Source of the DNA: a virus
IMG/VR virus record: IMGVR_UViG_3300047160_020067
Span: 27,848 to 91,847 of that record
Strand: one strand, 5' to 3'
DNA: 64,000 bases
Shown: positions 46,024-55,614 of the stretch, one piece after another
Position numbering within the stretch: the stretch's first letter is position 1
Layout of the letters: every line of letters begins with the position of its first letter
The notes under the pieces: generated by a model
What the model saw: only the letters and a program-made list of their open reading frames with translations
Told to the model about the DNA's origin: nothing
The model's database searches: none
Translations under genes and position numbers: made by a program

Positions 46024-46944
46024 CTACCGCCACGATTTAATCCCACCACGTAATGTATAACCAGGAACTCCCCAATGCGGCCGCCACGGCGCAAGAACAG
46101 CGCGATCATTTGGTCGATTGGGGGGATGAAACCACGCCCCATCAAGCAGGCTCTCATGGACATCTGCATCAGACGGCATTCGAAACACGCCACCGGGTTT
46201 TACAAGTTGGCCATGCATCTCGATAGAGTCTTGTCCAACACGCATATCTAATGGCTCAAAATCGTCGTCGTCAACAAATTCAGTCCACCGCATCATGAGA
46301 TCGTTCATTTCTTCAGCAAACTCTTCGAACGCATCGGCATGCGTTGCATTATATGCCCATGCTGTTTCCGTACGAACAATTTGCTCGCCTTTGACCCACG
46401 AAACTTCGGCAGTGTCTTGTACACGAGATATTGCTTGTCCAAGAGTTTCGCCTGTCGCTAAAGATAGAGCGAGTCCCTCTTCCATCTTTGCAACCATACC
46501 AGCCCCATAAGTTGCCATTGATTTGGCATGCATCTTTAATAAAGATGAACGTCCCTCGTCAATAACGCCCCAAAAACGACTGGCTTCATCCGTAGGTAGA
46601 GTGATTTCCGCACCTGTAAAACTATCTTCAATTTCTGCAATGTCTTCAGCTGCGCTACGAAGTGCGTCAACTTGTGTATCCTTTGTGACGTCACCAAGTT
46701 CTTCTGCCATACGGCTAGCTATTTCAACCTGACCTTGGCGTACTTGTGCGCGCATTAGCTTATGAACACCAGCAGTAAATGGTTGAGAAGGGCGGCCAAG
46801 CGCACGCCCAATTTTAGATTCAAGCTCAGACTGAGCTTTATCGTAAAGGGATTTGATTCTATCTACACCACGACGTTCACTAAGGCGAACGAGGCGCTTA
46901 CGGTGCTCATTTAGCACCGTATTGTATGAGCCCTTTTTGGGCAC
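46024..46944 (-). CDS. Minor head morphogenesis protein (Mu gpF/SPP1 gp7-like)
   Basis: IVRTETAWAYN...HGQ...HPPNRPNDRA. Confidence 0.85.
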   Translation of the reverse strand: MPKKGSYNTVLNEHRKRLVRLSERRGVDRIKSLYDKAQSELESKIGRALGRPSQPFTAGVHKLMRAQVRQGQVEIASRMAEELGDVTKDTQVDALRSAAEDIAEIEDSFTGAEITLPTDEASRFWGVIDEGRSSLLKMHAKSMATYGAGMVAKMEEGLALSLATGETLGQAISRVQDTAEVSWVKGEQIVRTETAWAYNATHADAFEEFAEEMNDLMMRWTEFVDDDDFEPLDMRVGQDSIEMHGQLVKPGGVFRMPSDADVHESLLDGAWFHPPNRPNDRAVLAPWRPHWGVPGYTLRGGIKSWR

Positions 46945-47227
46945 TACTTACCTCGATGTTTTGCTTTCGCCCATTGAATCGCACGCTCTTGCTGTAAAGC
47001 ACGTTCTCGAGAAGGGTGAATACCCAGTCGACGTTTACCGTCAGATGAATACAGAATCCATTTCCCCTTCTCGCGCCGTATCACTTACTAACCTGGCCCA
47101 TACAACGAAGACAAGTCCGCACGCCAGGATACAACGAGCGGTTAACGTTCCAAACCAAGCCAGTACCGCATCGAGCACAAGAAATCGTCGGAGGGATTTT
47201 AGCCCCAGGATGGACTTTGCCCATAAA

Positions 47228-47497
47228 TTAGTCCTCGCCGTCCTCATGTTCATCATGGCCATGATCATCATGCTCGCCCTCGCCATGCTCATGCTCTTCG
47301 AGAGTGGCGATTGCCTTAGCGAGCTGCCCCTGAATGTTTTTCAGCATCCCGAGTGCGCCACCACCCATACCGCCGCCGTCACCAGGCGGCCCTTTCTTTG
47401 GGGGCTTTGGACCGCCGCCACCACCGTCACCACCGAAAGGCTTACCGCCGTCTTTCTTTCCTTGTTTCATGAGAGCCTGGAGCTTGTTCGGATCCAT
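47228..47497 (-). CDS. Gly/His/acidic low-complexity protein
   Basis: AAGGAG RBS; poly-Gly and His/Glu tail. Confidence 0.5.
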   Translation of the reverse strand: MDPNKLQALMKQGKKDGGKPFGGDGGGGGPKPPKKGPPGDGGGMGGGALGMLKNIQGQLAKAIATLEEHEHGEGEHDDHGHDEHEDGED

Positions 47498-47706
47498 TGT
47501 ATCTTTTCTCCTTTTGTTGCTGTTAAAAACAACACGAATCCCGCCAGCGACATTTCGGGCAGGCCATATGAGCGTGCTCAGGAATTAAATCCGTCTGCCC
47601 GCACGCCGGGCAAAGCAAATCAGTGCTCGCGGCTGGATTTACACCAGCGTCTCCATACTTGTTTTGATCGTAGGCACTCTCATTTGAGCTACGCGAGCGA
47701 AAATTA

Positions 47707-48144
47707 TCATCCCTCATCTTCCCACCGTGCGCAACACCCCTTTGAATCAACAGAGGCTCGACCGCCTTCTTCATCGATAACTGCATTGCACAATCCACCA
47801 GCACCGCGGACTTCAAACCATCTGCAAGAATCGCATGATGTTCCACCAGGGACAAAAAGAAGCCCAGATAGTTCTGGCTCAACTGGATCTTGACCGCGGT
47901 CCTCTCTGACATTTGTCGGAGGACCGTAAACGTGGTATCCGCAAACAGCATCGGCTTTAATCTCGATGTGCCGAGCATGTATTGCGCATTGATTCGTACG
48001 AGCCCAAAGCATACAATTTTCGCATGCTTTTCGGGAACCGTCTGGATTAGGACGGGCGTATAACACTTCTCCAAGTTTTGGGAGTCCTGGACCTTTAGGA
48101 TCGACCCCGTCAACCAAAACACGAAGACGCTTACCAAGGGCCAC
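47707..48144 (-). CDS. Tandem HiPIP-like Cys-rich protein
   Basis: Two CxxC-x8/10-C-xn-C modules ending in GCCARW. Confidence 0.5.
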   Translation of the reverse strand: MALGKRLRVLVDGVDPKGPGLPKLGEVLYARPNPDGSRKACENCMLWARTNQCAIHARHIEIKADAVCGYHVYGPPTNVREDRGQDPVEPELSGLLFVPGGTSCDSCRWFEVRGAGGLCNAVIDEEGGRASVDSKGCCARWEDEG

Positions 48145-48147
48145 ACG

Positions 48148-48594
48148 CTACTCCTTATCACCCTCGGGTTTTACTTGAGATGAGTCGACCCCATCACGCC
48201 GAGCCTGCTCGTGCTCGCGATCATGGCATTTAGGACAAATTGTTACGATATTTGCAGGGTCATTGGAATGGCCCATCTCTGAAAGCCATTTAGACCGAAC
48301 AATTCCACCTTTATGATGGAGAGATAGATTCTCTTTTGTTCCGCATGACTTACAACGAAATTTATCTCGCCGCATAACCCCAAGTACTAAACTTGGAGGA
48401 AGGCCGCCCTTGCCACCAGTCGCAAGAGTAGCACCATTAGCTTTTGCTTCTTGTTGAAGTTTTTTAAGCGCGCGTTCTTCACCAGGAGGCCTTGCATCCC
48501 GTTGCGGAAGATCACGTCGTCTAGCGGATTGAGCATACTTGGCTGCAGCTTGTCCCACGCTCAACTCCTTAGCATTTTCCATAAGTAATCGCAA
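48148..48594 (-). CDS. HNH endonuclease
   Basis: RDKFRCKSCG..LSLHH...NDPANIVTICPKCHDREH. Confidence 0.8.
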   Translation of the reverse strand: MRLLMENAKELSVGQAAAKYAQSARRRDLPQRDARPPGEERALKKLQQEAKANGATLATGGKGGLPPSLVLGVMRRDKFRCKSCGTKENLSLHHKGGIVRSKWLSEMGHSNDPANIVTICPKCHDREHEQARRDGVDSSQVKPEGDKE

Positions 48595-48599
48595 CGCAA

Positions 48600-49274
48600 T
48601 TAGGCTTCATCAGTCGGTTGGGAAAGGTCAAAGTCTGGAGTGAATTCAACCGTAGATCGAACAATAGCCAAAGCCGGACGCGGCTTCTGCAACGTAAACC
48701 GCCGCAATGCCCGCAACGGCACCGCATAACCAAGAGGATGCACGTGTTGCTCTTCATCGCGGCTTACAGCAGTAATTATCCCAATTAATTCTGCATCAAG
48801 ATTTGTAACAGCCCCACCAGAACTACCGGAGACTGACAATCCAGAAAACAAATATTCACCGCTCTTTTCCTCAGAACCAAGCGACCCGGAACGGCCTTGG
48901 AGAATACCGTCTAAAACTACACCAAATAAATTATTCGGGCATGACCCAAGCATTACCGGTTCGTATAGATCGGGCTCGTCCTTAGCAATTATCAACGGCC
49001 GCACTTCTATTAATGAATCATCATCGATCTTAACAATGGCCAAGTCCCATTTTTTGTTAACCCGCTCAACAGTCGCCGGGACTTCCGTAAATACAAATTC
49101 ATCATCAGCTTCGGTACGCATGATAACGGTACAGCCTGGATGGCCACGCACTACATGTTCGCAGGTCAAAATACGAAGCCCGCTCGGGGTCTGTACTGCA
49201 ACACCCGAACCGCTACCATCGGCAACCTTGATACGAACGAGCGCCGCAGCGATCGCTGCGCGGTCAGACCTCAT
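48600..49274 (-). CDS. Trypsin-like serine protease
   Basis: GSG, LTCEHV, DLAIV, GSSGG triad motifs. Confidence 0.85.
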   Translation of the reverse strand: MRSDRAAIAAALVRIKVADGSGSGVAVQTPSGLRILTCEHVVRGHPGCTVIMRTEADDEFVFTEVPATVERVNKKWDLAIVKIDDDSLIEVRPLIIAKDEPDLYEPVMLGSCPNNLFGVVLDGILQGRSGSLGSEEKSGEYLFSGLSVSGSSGGAVTNLDAELIGIITAVSRDEEQHVHPLGYAVPLRALRRFTLQKPRPALAIVRSTVEFTPDFDLSQPTDEA

Positions 49275-49286
49275 CGCGCGCCTCCG

Positions 49287-50060
49287 CTAAAGCTTATATG
49301 GTTTCAGAAACTCCTTGATATCAGCAAGCGGAACAGCATAACCAACTTGTGTAATAGGGGTAATCGCTTGATACGGCGTCTCTGTAATACCGTTTTTCGT
49401 AACGGATACAACCGGAGTCGGGTAAATTCTAAGGATTTCTGGAACGGCAATAAGCTCACCCTTAAGGTTAAATACCGCGCCACCGCTTACGCCGTAAATA
49501 AAAAATCCGGTTAACCGAAAAAGTTCACGCTCCAGACCATAAGGATGTGAACGCAACGAGGTAAGTATACCATCAGCAACGGTATCTTCCATACCAAGAT
49601 GATTCCCAATAACGTACACCCGCTCATACATCGTTACCTGCTTAGCAATTGGTGCAGCCGGCAAACCAGTAGCACCACACTGAAGAAGTGCGAGATCTTT
49701 ATCTTCGTTGGAAGCCTCAATAGAGGCGACTTGTTTAACCTGGTTATACTGAATCCAAACAGATTTACCGCCATCGATTACATGATAATTTGTCAAAATT
49801 AGCGTATGCGTTTTGTCCGAAAAAAGCACCGTACCAGAACCCATCCCAACATCCGTCTCTACTACTACAACTGCGTCAGTTAGGTGAGCGATTAAACGAG
49901 AATCGTCGCGTGCGGTGCCCATATGGCAACACGCAGCAAAAACCACAAAAATAGCGAGGGCGTACCGAAGCATGGCGAAAGTCCTCCTGTAAACAACATA
50001 TGTAGCACGTCTCGCCACAATTCGGCTATTCGTCCTTCGTATACTTTGCGGTACAACCAA
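49287..50060 (-). CDS. Trypsin-like serine protease with signal/lipoprotein peptide
   Basis: LTNYHV, DLALL, GVSGG; true start probably at MLRYALAIFVVFAACC. Confidence 0.85.
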   Translation of the reverse strand: MVVPQSIRRTNSRIVARRATYVVYRRTFAMLRYALAIFVVFAACCHMGTARDDSRLIAHLTDAVVVVETDVGMGSGTVLFSDKTHTLILTNYHVIDGGKSVWIQYNQVKQVASIEASNEDKDLALLQCGATGLPAAPIAKQVTMYERVYVIGNHLGMEDTVADGILTSLRSHPYGLERELFRLTGFFIYGVSGGAVFNLKGELIAVPEILRIYPTPVVSVTKNGITETPYQAITPITQVGYAVPLADIKEFLKPYKL

Positions 50061-50066
50061 GACCGC

Positions 50067-51272
50067 TCATACGCAAACGCCGCCTCCCTTAACTACCCAC
50101 AAAGGCGTAAGCATCGTCTTTCCACGTTTGGAATCTACGTAAAACATCGCTTGCTGCGGGGACTCAAAATCTGCACGGATACGCTGAGAGTACGGGGCAA
50201 ATCCGATAAGGGACCCGTTAACGACCGCGCGCCCGAAATCGCGCAAAGTATGCCAGTGTCCAATACAGTGAACTTCCGCTTTAATAATCCTGTCCCAAGC
50301 GTCAACGGCTTTTAACAAAGGAATACCAATACCGCCTACCCCACCTTGGTAGCGCACGTCATCACCATGGTGGAAATGCAATATCCAATCATAGACACGC
50401 ACATACTGATGTCCCGAATTGGTAATCTCAAAGTGAATGCGCTTCTCATTACGAAATTCGTCGGCGAGAGAATGATACATGAGCCATTCGAATGAATTGG
50501 CATAGCCAGTGGACACGCGTATTTTATCAGTTGTACGACCGTGATTCCCGAATGAGCACGGAATCTCAACATGGTCAAGGTCCAAATGCTCCAAAAGCGT
50601 CGCAATACCGTTACGCAACCTAGGCAAAAGCCAACGAATTGTCTCCGTCGGGCTAAGGAGATTGCTTTCCATCAACTCGGGGTGGATGTATCCGGTCATG
50701 AAATCCCCACCAAGCCAAAGCACAAGATCTCGAATCTTGACACGCCCAGATGCCCGCTGGTGTTCAACATTCCAGATTATTGCTTTGAAAAACCGCTCAA
50801 TACGCTTATCAGCAATGGCAAGATCATATTCGTTACGGTAAGCGACTGACTCTGGGTCCACCGGCTCTTCCACATGCCAATCTGAGGCAAGAACAACAGC
50901 TGTCATCTCCCGCACCTTACCCGACCGTTCACGCGGCATAATCTTGGGCGGTTCACTCGATGCAGATAAGTTATCAATAAAGGACTGCCGCATACGCAGC
51001 TGTTTTAATTCCTCAATAAGCGAATCTCTTTGAGCCCGCTCAAATGACGCACGACGCTGCTCATCATGCTTCTCGACTATATCCTGTGGCATCAAATAAT
51101 CGGAAGGAGCCATCGCACCATGGCGGCGAAATGCATTGCGCAACGCGTAGTAAGTTACGCCAGGAAGCCATACCGCAATAGCTTGAATAGCATCGTCAAG
51201 TTTGCGGTGTTTTCGCAGCTCAGCAATCGCCTTATTGACTACTATCGCTGACCAATTAATCGTTTTAGCCAT
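50067..51272 (-). CDS. Calcineurin-like metallophosphoesterase
   Basis: SDWH, GGD, GNHGR, HHGD, GHWH motifs. Confidence 0.85.
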   Translation of the reverse strand: MAKTINWSAIVVNKAIAELRKHRKLDDAIQAIAVWLPGVTYYALRNAFRRHGAMAPSDYLMPQDIVEKHDEQRRASFERAQRDSLIEELKQLRMRQSFIDNLSASSEPPKIMPRERSGKVREMTAVVLASDWHVEEPVDPESVAYRNEYDLAIADKRIERFFKAIIWNVEHQRASGRVKIRDLVLWLGGDFMTGYIHPELMESNLLSPTETIRWLLPRLRNGIATLLEHLDLDHVEIPCSFGNHGRTTDKIRVSTGYANSFEWLMYHSLADEFRNEKRIHFEITNSGHQYVRVYDWILHFHHGDDVRYQGGVGGIGIPLLKAVDAWDRIIKAEVHCIGHWHTLRDFGRAVVNGSLIGFAPYSQRIRADFESPQQAMFYVDSKRGKTMLTPLWVVKGGGVCV

Positions 51273-51502
51273 TACTGCCTCCGTTGTGTTCTACCGGCAT
51301 CGCGTCTCCTTTTTCCACGAACAGGAATGCGGTGATCTGATTTATCAATCAAGAGCTTAAGTAGCTCCCTAGCATCCCGTTGCCAGTCATACGTCGAAGG
51401 AGCAGCGCCCGGTGCCCGCCAGGTCTCCTTCAGCATTCGCTGGACTCTAGTTTTAACGTCGTCTAGAAGCCGCCGCAATTCGACAACTTCATCAACACTC
51501 AT
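51272..51502 (-). CDS. Hypothetical protein
   Basis: Coupled ORF. Confidence 0.45.
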   Translation of the reverse strand: MSVDEVVELRRLLDDVKTRVQRMLKETWRAPGAAPSTYDWQRDARELLKLLIDKSDHRIPVRGKRRRDAGRTQRRQ

Positions 51503-51927
51503 CCGTGGCTATCCGTCTTGCCAGGACCGCGCCGCACTTCAACGAGAACCCAATCAGGAAGTTCTCGGGCGGCTTTCTTCTCCATCTCTGGAGAACAAAT
51601 TTCACAAAAGAAGCCGTCACCGATCTTTACAAACTTACCATATGTAAACTCAACACACGGAAGACCCAGCCCCTGTCGCATGTAATAACGTGCCATGCCA
51701 GCAAGCATTTCTGGCTCATGCTTCATCAAGTCTTTAACATCCGCAAACGTCACAATACGCGTCACGGGGTCAAGACCACAGGGGCATTTTATAGTTCCAC
51801 CCTGCGAAAGCGCACGATTATGCAGTTCCTCCGGCGTCATACGACCTTCCATAAACTGTTTACGATGGATGGTCTTAGTCTCGTCATTCATAACGAATCC
51901 CCATACATATGAGCGATCTGCTTCCAA
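51499..51927 (-). CDS. Zn-binding hypothetical protein
   Basis: CPC and CEIC; start uncertain. Confidence 0.5.
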   Translation of the reverse strand: MEADRSYVWGFVMNDETKTIHRKQFMEGRMTPEELHNRALSQGGTIKCPCGLDPVTRIVTFADVKDLMKHEPEMLAGMARYYMRQGLGLPCVEFTYGKFVKIGDGFFCEICSPEMEKKAARELPDWVLVEVRRGPGKTDSHG

Positions 51928-52328
51928 TTTAGTCCAGCAGCACCGCCCAAGCGTATCGCAATGTTGTCAATAAAAAGATCCGCCCCGGGTTTGTCAATCT
52001 CCCCACCCTCATAAACGTAGTCAAAAACGCCGGGAAGCTCGTCCGCTACAAATTCAACCATCTGTTTAAACCGAGCTTCGTTAAGCGTTGAATTACGATC
52101 GCGCTTAGAACGCTTAACACCAGCCTTAGCCAGGGGATCAAGAGAAGGGTCATTGCGGCGTAACGAAAGACGCGCACGACCACTCCAAAGAATCAGCCTG
52201 TGTCCAGCTTTCTTTAACGCGTATAGACCTTCTCGCGCACCAGGCAAAAACGTCAACGGGGTAGTTACATCCTCATACGGCTGCATCTGACTAACAATAG
52301 TACCATCAAAATCTATAGCAATAATCAT
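51888..52328 (-). CDS. HAD-superfamily phosphatase-like protein
   Basis: MIIAIDFDGTIV, LILWSGR, KPGADLFIDN. Confidence 0.8.
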   Translation of the reverse strand: MIIAIDFDGTIVSQMQPYEDVTTPLTFLPGAREGLYALKKAGHRLILWSGRARLSLRRNDPSLDPLAKAGVKRSKRDRNSTLNEARFKQMVEFVADELPGVFDYVYEGGEIDKPGADLFIDNIAIRLGGAAGLNWKQIAHMYGDSL

Positions 52329-52615
52329 CTGATAAGAAAACCTTGCATGCGCCTAAGAATATCTTCAAAGCTCAACTGTTTCTCTCCAAGTAAGCGCAAT
52401 TCGGCTTCGGCAGACCGAGCATCTAATACTACCTTATCAAACTTTTCTTGGTCGATTATCTTGTATTTTGGATCAACCTTCGTTTCACCGCCCCACGTTC
52501 CGTTAAATGGATAAAGCTCAATAGCGCCAATATTAAGCAGCAACGAAAGATAACGCGATGCCCCGTCCACACCGATAAGTTGCAACAGCTTTTCTACTGG
52601 CATGAAATCAGTCAT
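52325..52615 (-). CDS. Hypothetical protein
   Basis: Coupled ORF. Confidence 0.5.
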   Translation of the reverse strand: MTDFMPVEKLLQLIGVDGASRYLSLLLNIGAIELYPFNGTWGGETKVDPKYKIIDQEKFDKVVLDARSAEAELRLLGEKQLSFEDILRRMQGFLIR

Positions 52616-52636
52616 TACAATATACCTTGCTCATAT

Positions 52637-54286
52637 TTACCGAACTTTTCCATACGGATGGCCACCACCAGAACCAGGCATCGGAAGACCTGCCATCGCA
52701 GAAGCGGCAATCGCTTCTTGCTGATCCTTCGCTTCGGATTCAACCTTCTTCATCATTCCGGGCACATCCTCAACGCGGTAATATCCCGCAACAAACTTAG
52801 AGGCGTGCTCAGAATCAATAAGACCGCCTGCTTTAGCAGCAATTGCCGAACGGGTTGCCAATTCAATGTCGGTCAGCGTCGGTTCGAAATAACCGGGCCA
52901 CTGAATCTTAAGCACACCACCGGGGCCAAGTGTGCGCGCAATACGATCTGGCGAATCCGGTTGAACTTTGGGCGGCAAATTAAGCGTTTGCCGTTCGATC
53001 TGTCCATCCCCATTAACAACTGGAATAGACAACTTTCGCGCTGCATCAATCATCATCTCTACGAGCGGGATGACTCCACGCTGCCCATACTGTTCACGCA
53101 AAATATCTGCCTTGGCAATCATTGTGGAGTAAACGCGTTCGATTTCAGTAGCGGTGCGACGTTCCATTTCAGGATGCTCCAAGACGCACTGAGCTACTTC
53201 TAACGCGTACTTGCGAAACTCCTCAGCCATCTTTCTGGCAGCCTCTGGTCCAGAACCAGAAATCTCCATGTAACTTGCTGCAGAACCAGTTGGCAGTCTA
53301 ATTGCGTTTCGACTTCCTTTCCGCAATTCAGGGATATCCTGAGCGTCAGTAATCAGCGTAACGGTAGGGTCACAGTTCGAAACTGTACCAACATTTGCTT
53401 GTGCAAGAAGCGTATCGATGGACTCAACAAGTTCATAAATACCCGTACAGTCAGGATCACCGTCAATGTCATCCAATGCCGGCATATTCTGAATCCACAC
53501 AACCGGACAGAACCCCAAACGATGATCTACCCTTATGTCCTCTTGCCATTCTGGCTCTTCCCCGTCACCGACCGGTTCCGGTTTATAAAGTACATCACTT
53601 TCTTCGTCAATAATGCGTCGGTACCAAAATGGAACTTCCTTCCATTCCCCTGTCTCAGGATCGCGCATCTCCATCGGATAGATATAACGCTTTTCGATAG
53701 AGGAAAGCGTGAGCATAATACGATCTTTAAACTGCGGGAAAATCCACCGAGGGTCATGCACCTCAACAATCGGCTTCCCACTAACGAATTGGAAACCCAC
53801 AGCAACAGAACCAGTCGCACCACCAAAGGTTCTGGCCTGCATCATAGCAGGCCACAAACGGGATGCCTCAACTAACGCATGCACATAATCTTCAGTATCG
53901 GGGTCGCCATCCACCCGAAGATTCGGATGACGGCGCTCGGAAAATAGTGTTGCCGTAAAGCGGTCTACGATAACCTTAACGAGATTATAGGGCGCAGTTG
54001 GCCGCTTGAATTTAAGAGGAAACATATGCCCAGCGTCATAAAAACCGGGCGGGATAAAACCGGCCGTAGCAATCGCCTCATGCTCAAGCGGATCGGCATG
54101 CTGTTGACCGTCCCAATCATACTTACGTGACTCATAATGAGTACAACGATACCAGCCCCAAAGATGATTTAGCATCTGTTGCCGTGGGGTCATACCGAGG
54201 CGTGCGATACGCGCCATCACCTGGTCACCCATCGCAAGTGCCGTATTTCTAGCGGCGGTGGGGTCTGACCGAAGACCGCTTGCCAT
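52637..54286 (-). CDS. Portal protein (SPP1 gp6-like)
   Basis: 549 aa; NLVKVIVDRF, HRLGFCPVVWIQN; downstream of the terminase. Confidence 0.85.
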   Translation of the reverse strand: MASGLRSDPTAARNTALAMGDQVMARIARLGMTPRQQMLNHLWGWYRCTHYESRKYDWDGQQHADPLEHEAIATAGFIPPGFYDAGHMFPLKFKRPTAPYNLVKVIVDRFTATLFSERRHPNLRVDGDPDTEDYVHALVEASRLWPAMMQARTFGGATGSVAVGFQFVSGKPIVEVHDPRWIFPQFKDRIMLTLSSIEKRYIYPMEMRDPETGEWKEVPFWYRRIIDEESDVLYKPEPVGDGEEPEWQEDIRVDHRLGFCPVVWIQNMPALDDIDGDPDCTGIYELVESIDTLLAQANVGTVSNCDPTVTLITDAQDIPELRKGSRNAIRLPTGSAASYMEISGSGPEAARKMAEEFRKYALEVAQCVLEHPEMERRTATEIERVYSTMIAKADILREQYGQRGVIPLVEMMIDAARKLSIPVVNGDGQIERQTLNLPPKVQPDSPDRIARTLGPGGVLKIQWPGYFEPTLTDIELATRSAIAAKAGGLIDSEHASKFVAGYYRVEDVPGMMKKVESEAKDQQEAIAASAMAGLPMPGSGGGHPYGKVR

Positions 54287-54356
54287 AACTTACTCCTTCC
54301 CGTTACTTCGCAAGAGTAGCACGCCTACCCCCAACGTGACAGTGTTGGGCATTTCC

Positions 54357-54749
54357 TCATATTTTACCCCCTAAGCGAAATGACGAATTACAAGCAGCAC
54401 ACTCAGTCGTAAACCATCCTTCTCGACAAACTATTTTAGATAGCTCGCCACATATTTCACATATCTCCGCAGACCGCGTTTCTGCCTCATAAATCGCATC
54501 ATCCATTGCCTCGGTAGAACCGTACATATAGAACCTAAGCGAACCCATTTTCTCTTTTACTATAGAAGCATATTGTTTATCAGACGTAATGAGTCGTTCA
54601 AGCTGGTTAGACAAATCCCAAAGAATTTGAAACCAACCATCGCTACACAAAAAGGCAAACCCCATTACATTTCCAGTTGGGTTATCGCACGCAAGCTTAT
54701 ATAGCTTAGGGTGCGCCTGTACTAGACGAACTTGGAGATCCCGCGTCAT
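54357..54749 (-). CDS. Hypothetical phage protein
   Basis: GWFQIL..VKEKMGSLRFY..ICEICG pattern. Confidence 0.6.
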   Translation of the reverse strand: MTRDLQVRLVQAHPKLYKLACDNPTGNVMGFAFLCSDGWFQILWDLSNQLERLITSDKQYASIVKEKMGSLRFYMYGSTEAMDDAIYEAETRSAEICEICGELSKIVCREGWFTTECAACNSSFRLGGKI

Positions 54750-55365
54750 TATTTGTCTCCTCAGAATCGGCCAGCGGTTCTACTACCGCCCGACGCTTAA
54801 ATTCTGCAACGGCCTTAGCTACACGCTTCTGGTATTCGGCCGCTCGCTTTTGTGATTTTCTAAACTTGTTCAATAACATTGACCGCTCAGTATAAGAAAT
54901 TCGGTCAATATAGAGTTTGCCCTCTAAATGATCCATCTCATGTTGAAGCGCACGAGACATATAATCAGAAGCGTCACCCTGACACTCAAACCAATTACCT
55001 TCTTCATCCTGAGCTCGAACCGTAACCTCATTATGCCGGCGCACCTTTGCATTTACACCAGGAAGCGATAAACAACCCTCAATCGCCTTCTCACTTTCCT
55101 CCGAGCGTTCAGTGATTGTTGGATTAATAAAGACCGTTGCCTTCTTCTCATCATCCTTACGCGTTGCTAGCACAAAAATTGCTTCACTCCGACCTACCTG
55201 ATTCGCCCCAAGCCCAGCGCCATCAGCCTGCCACATTGTGGCAACCAATTCCTGAATAAAAAACCTCTGCTCCGCGGACAATGGAAACGCAACCAGACAT
55301 GCTTTTTCGCGAAGCCATTTATGTGGATATTTCAAGATTTGTAATTGCGACATACTTCCCTCCAA
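54706..55365 (-). CDS. def: Peptide deformylase
   Basis: GAGLGANQVG, EGCLS and QHEMDHLEG motifs all intact. Confidence 0.95.
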   Translation of the reverse strand: MEGSMSQLQILKYPHKWLREKACLVAFPLSAEQRFFIQELVATMWQADGAGLGANQVGRSEAIFVLATRKDDEKKATVFINPTITERSEESEKAIEGCLSLPGVNAKVRRHNEVTVRAQDEEGNWFECQGDASDYMSRALQHEMDHLEGKLYIDRISYTERSMLLNKFRKSQKRAAEYQKRVAKAVAEFKRRAVVEPLADSEETNNDAGSPSSSSTGAP

Positions 55366-55614
55366 GCTTTACCAGGCACACGTATTAGGTTTACAACGAA
55401 TGCTATAATCCAATTGAAATGTTCACACGGTAAACATTCATACGCTAGTTCATCATCCGGGCATGGCGTCATGTTACGCCCGCAAGCAAAACAAACTAAC
55501 GCCTCCACAACATCCAACCGGCGACAAAAAGAGCGCCACCGAAACAAATAAATTCAATCGTTGCAACGAATCGAAGAGCATAAGCTAGCATTGCAAAACC
55601 CGCCATCACTTTTT

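Noticed and set aside
46853-47893. 346-aa plus-strand ORF and similar long antisense ORFs (52448..53203, 60023..60661)
   Set aside because: They are shadows of well-supported minus-strand genes and have no recognisable motifs.
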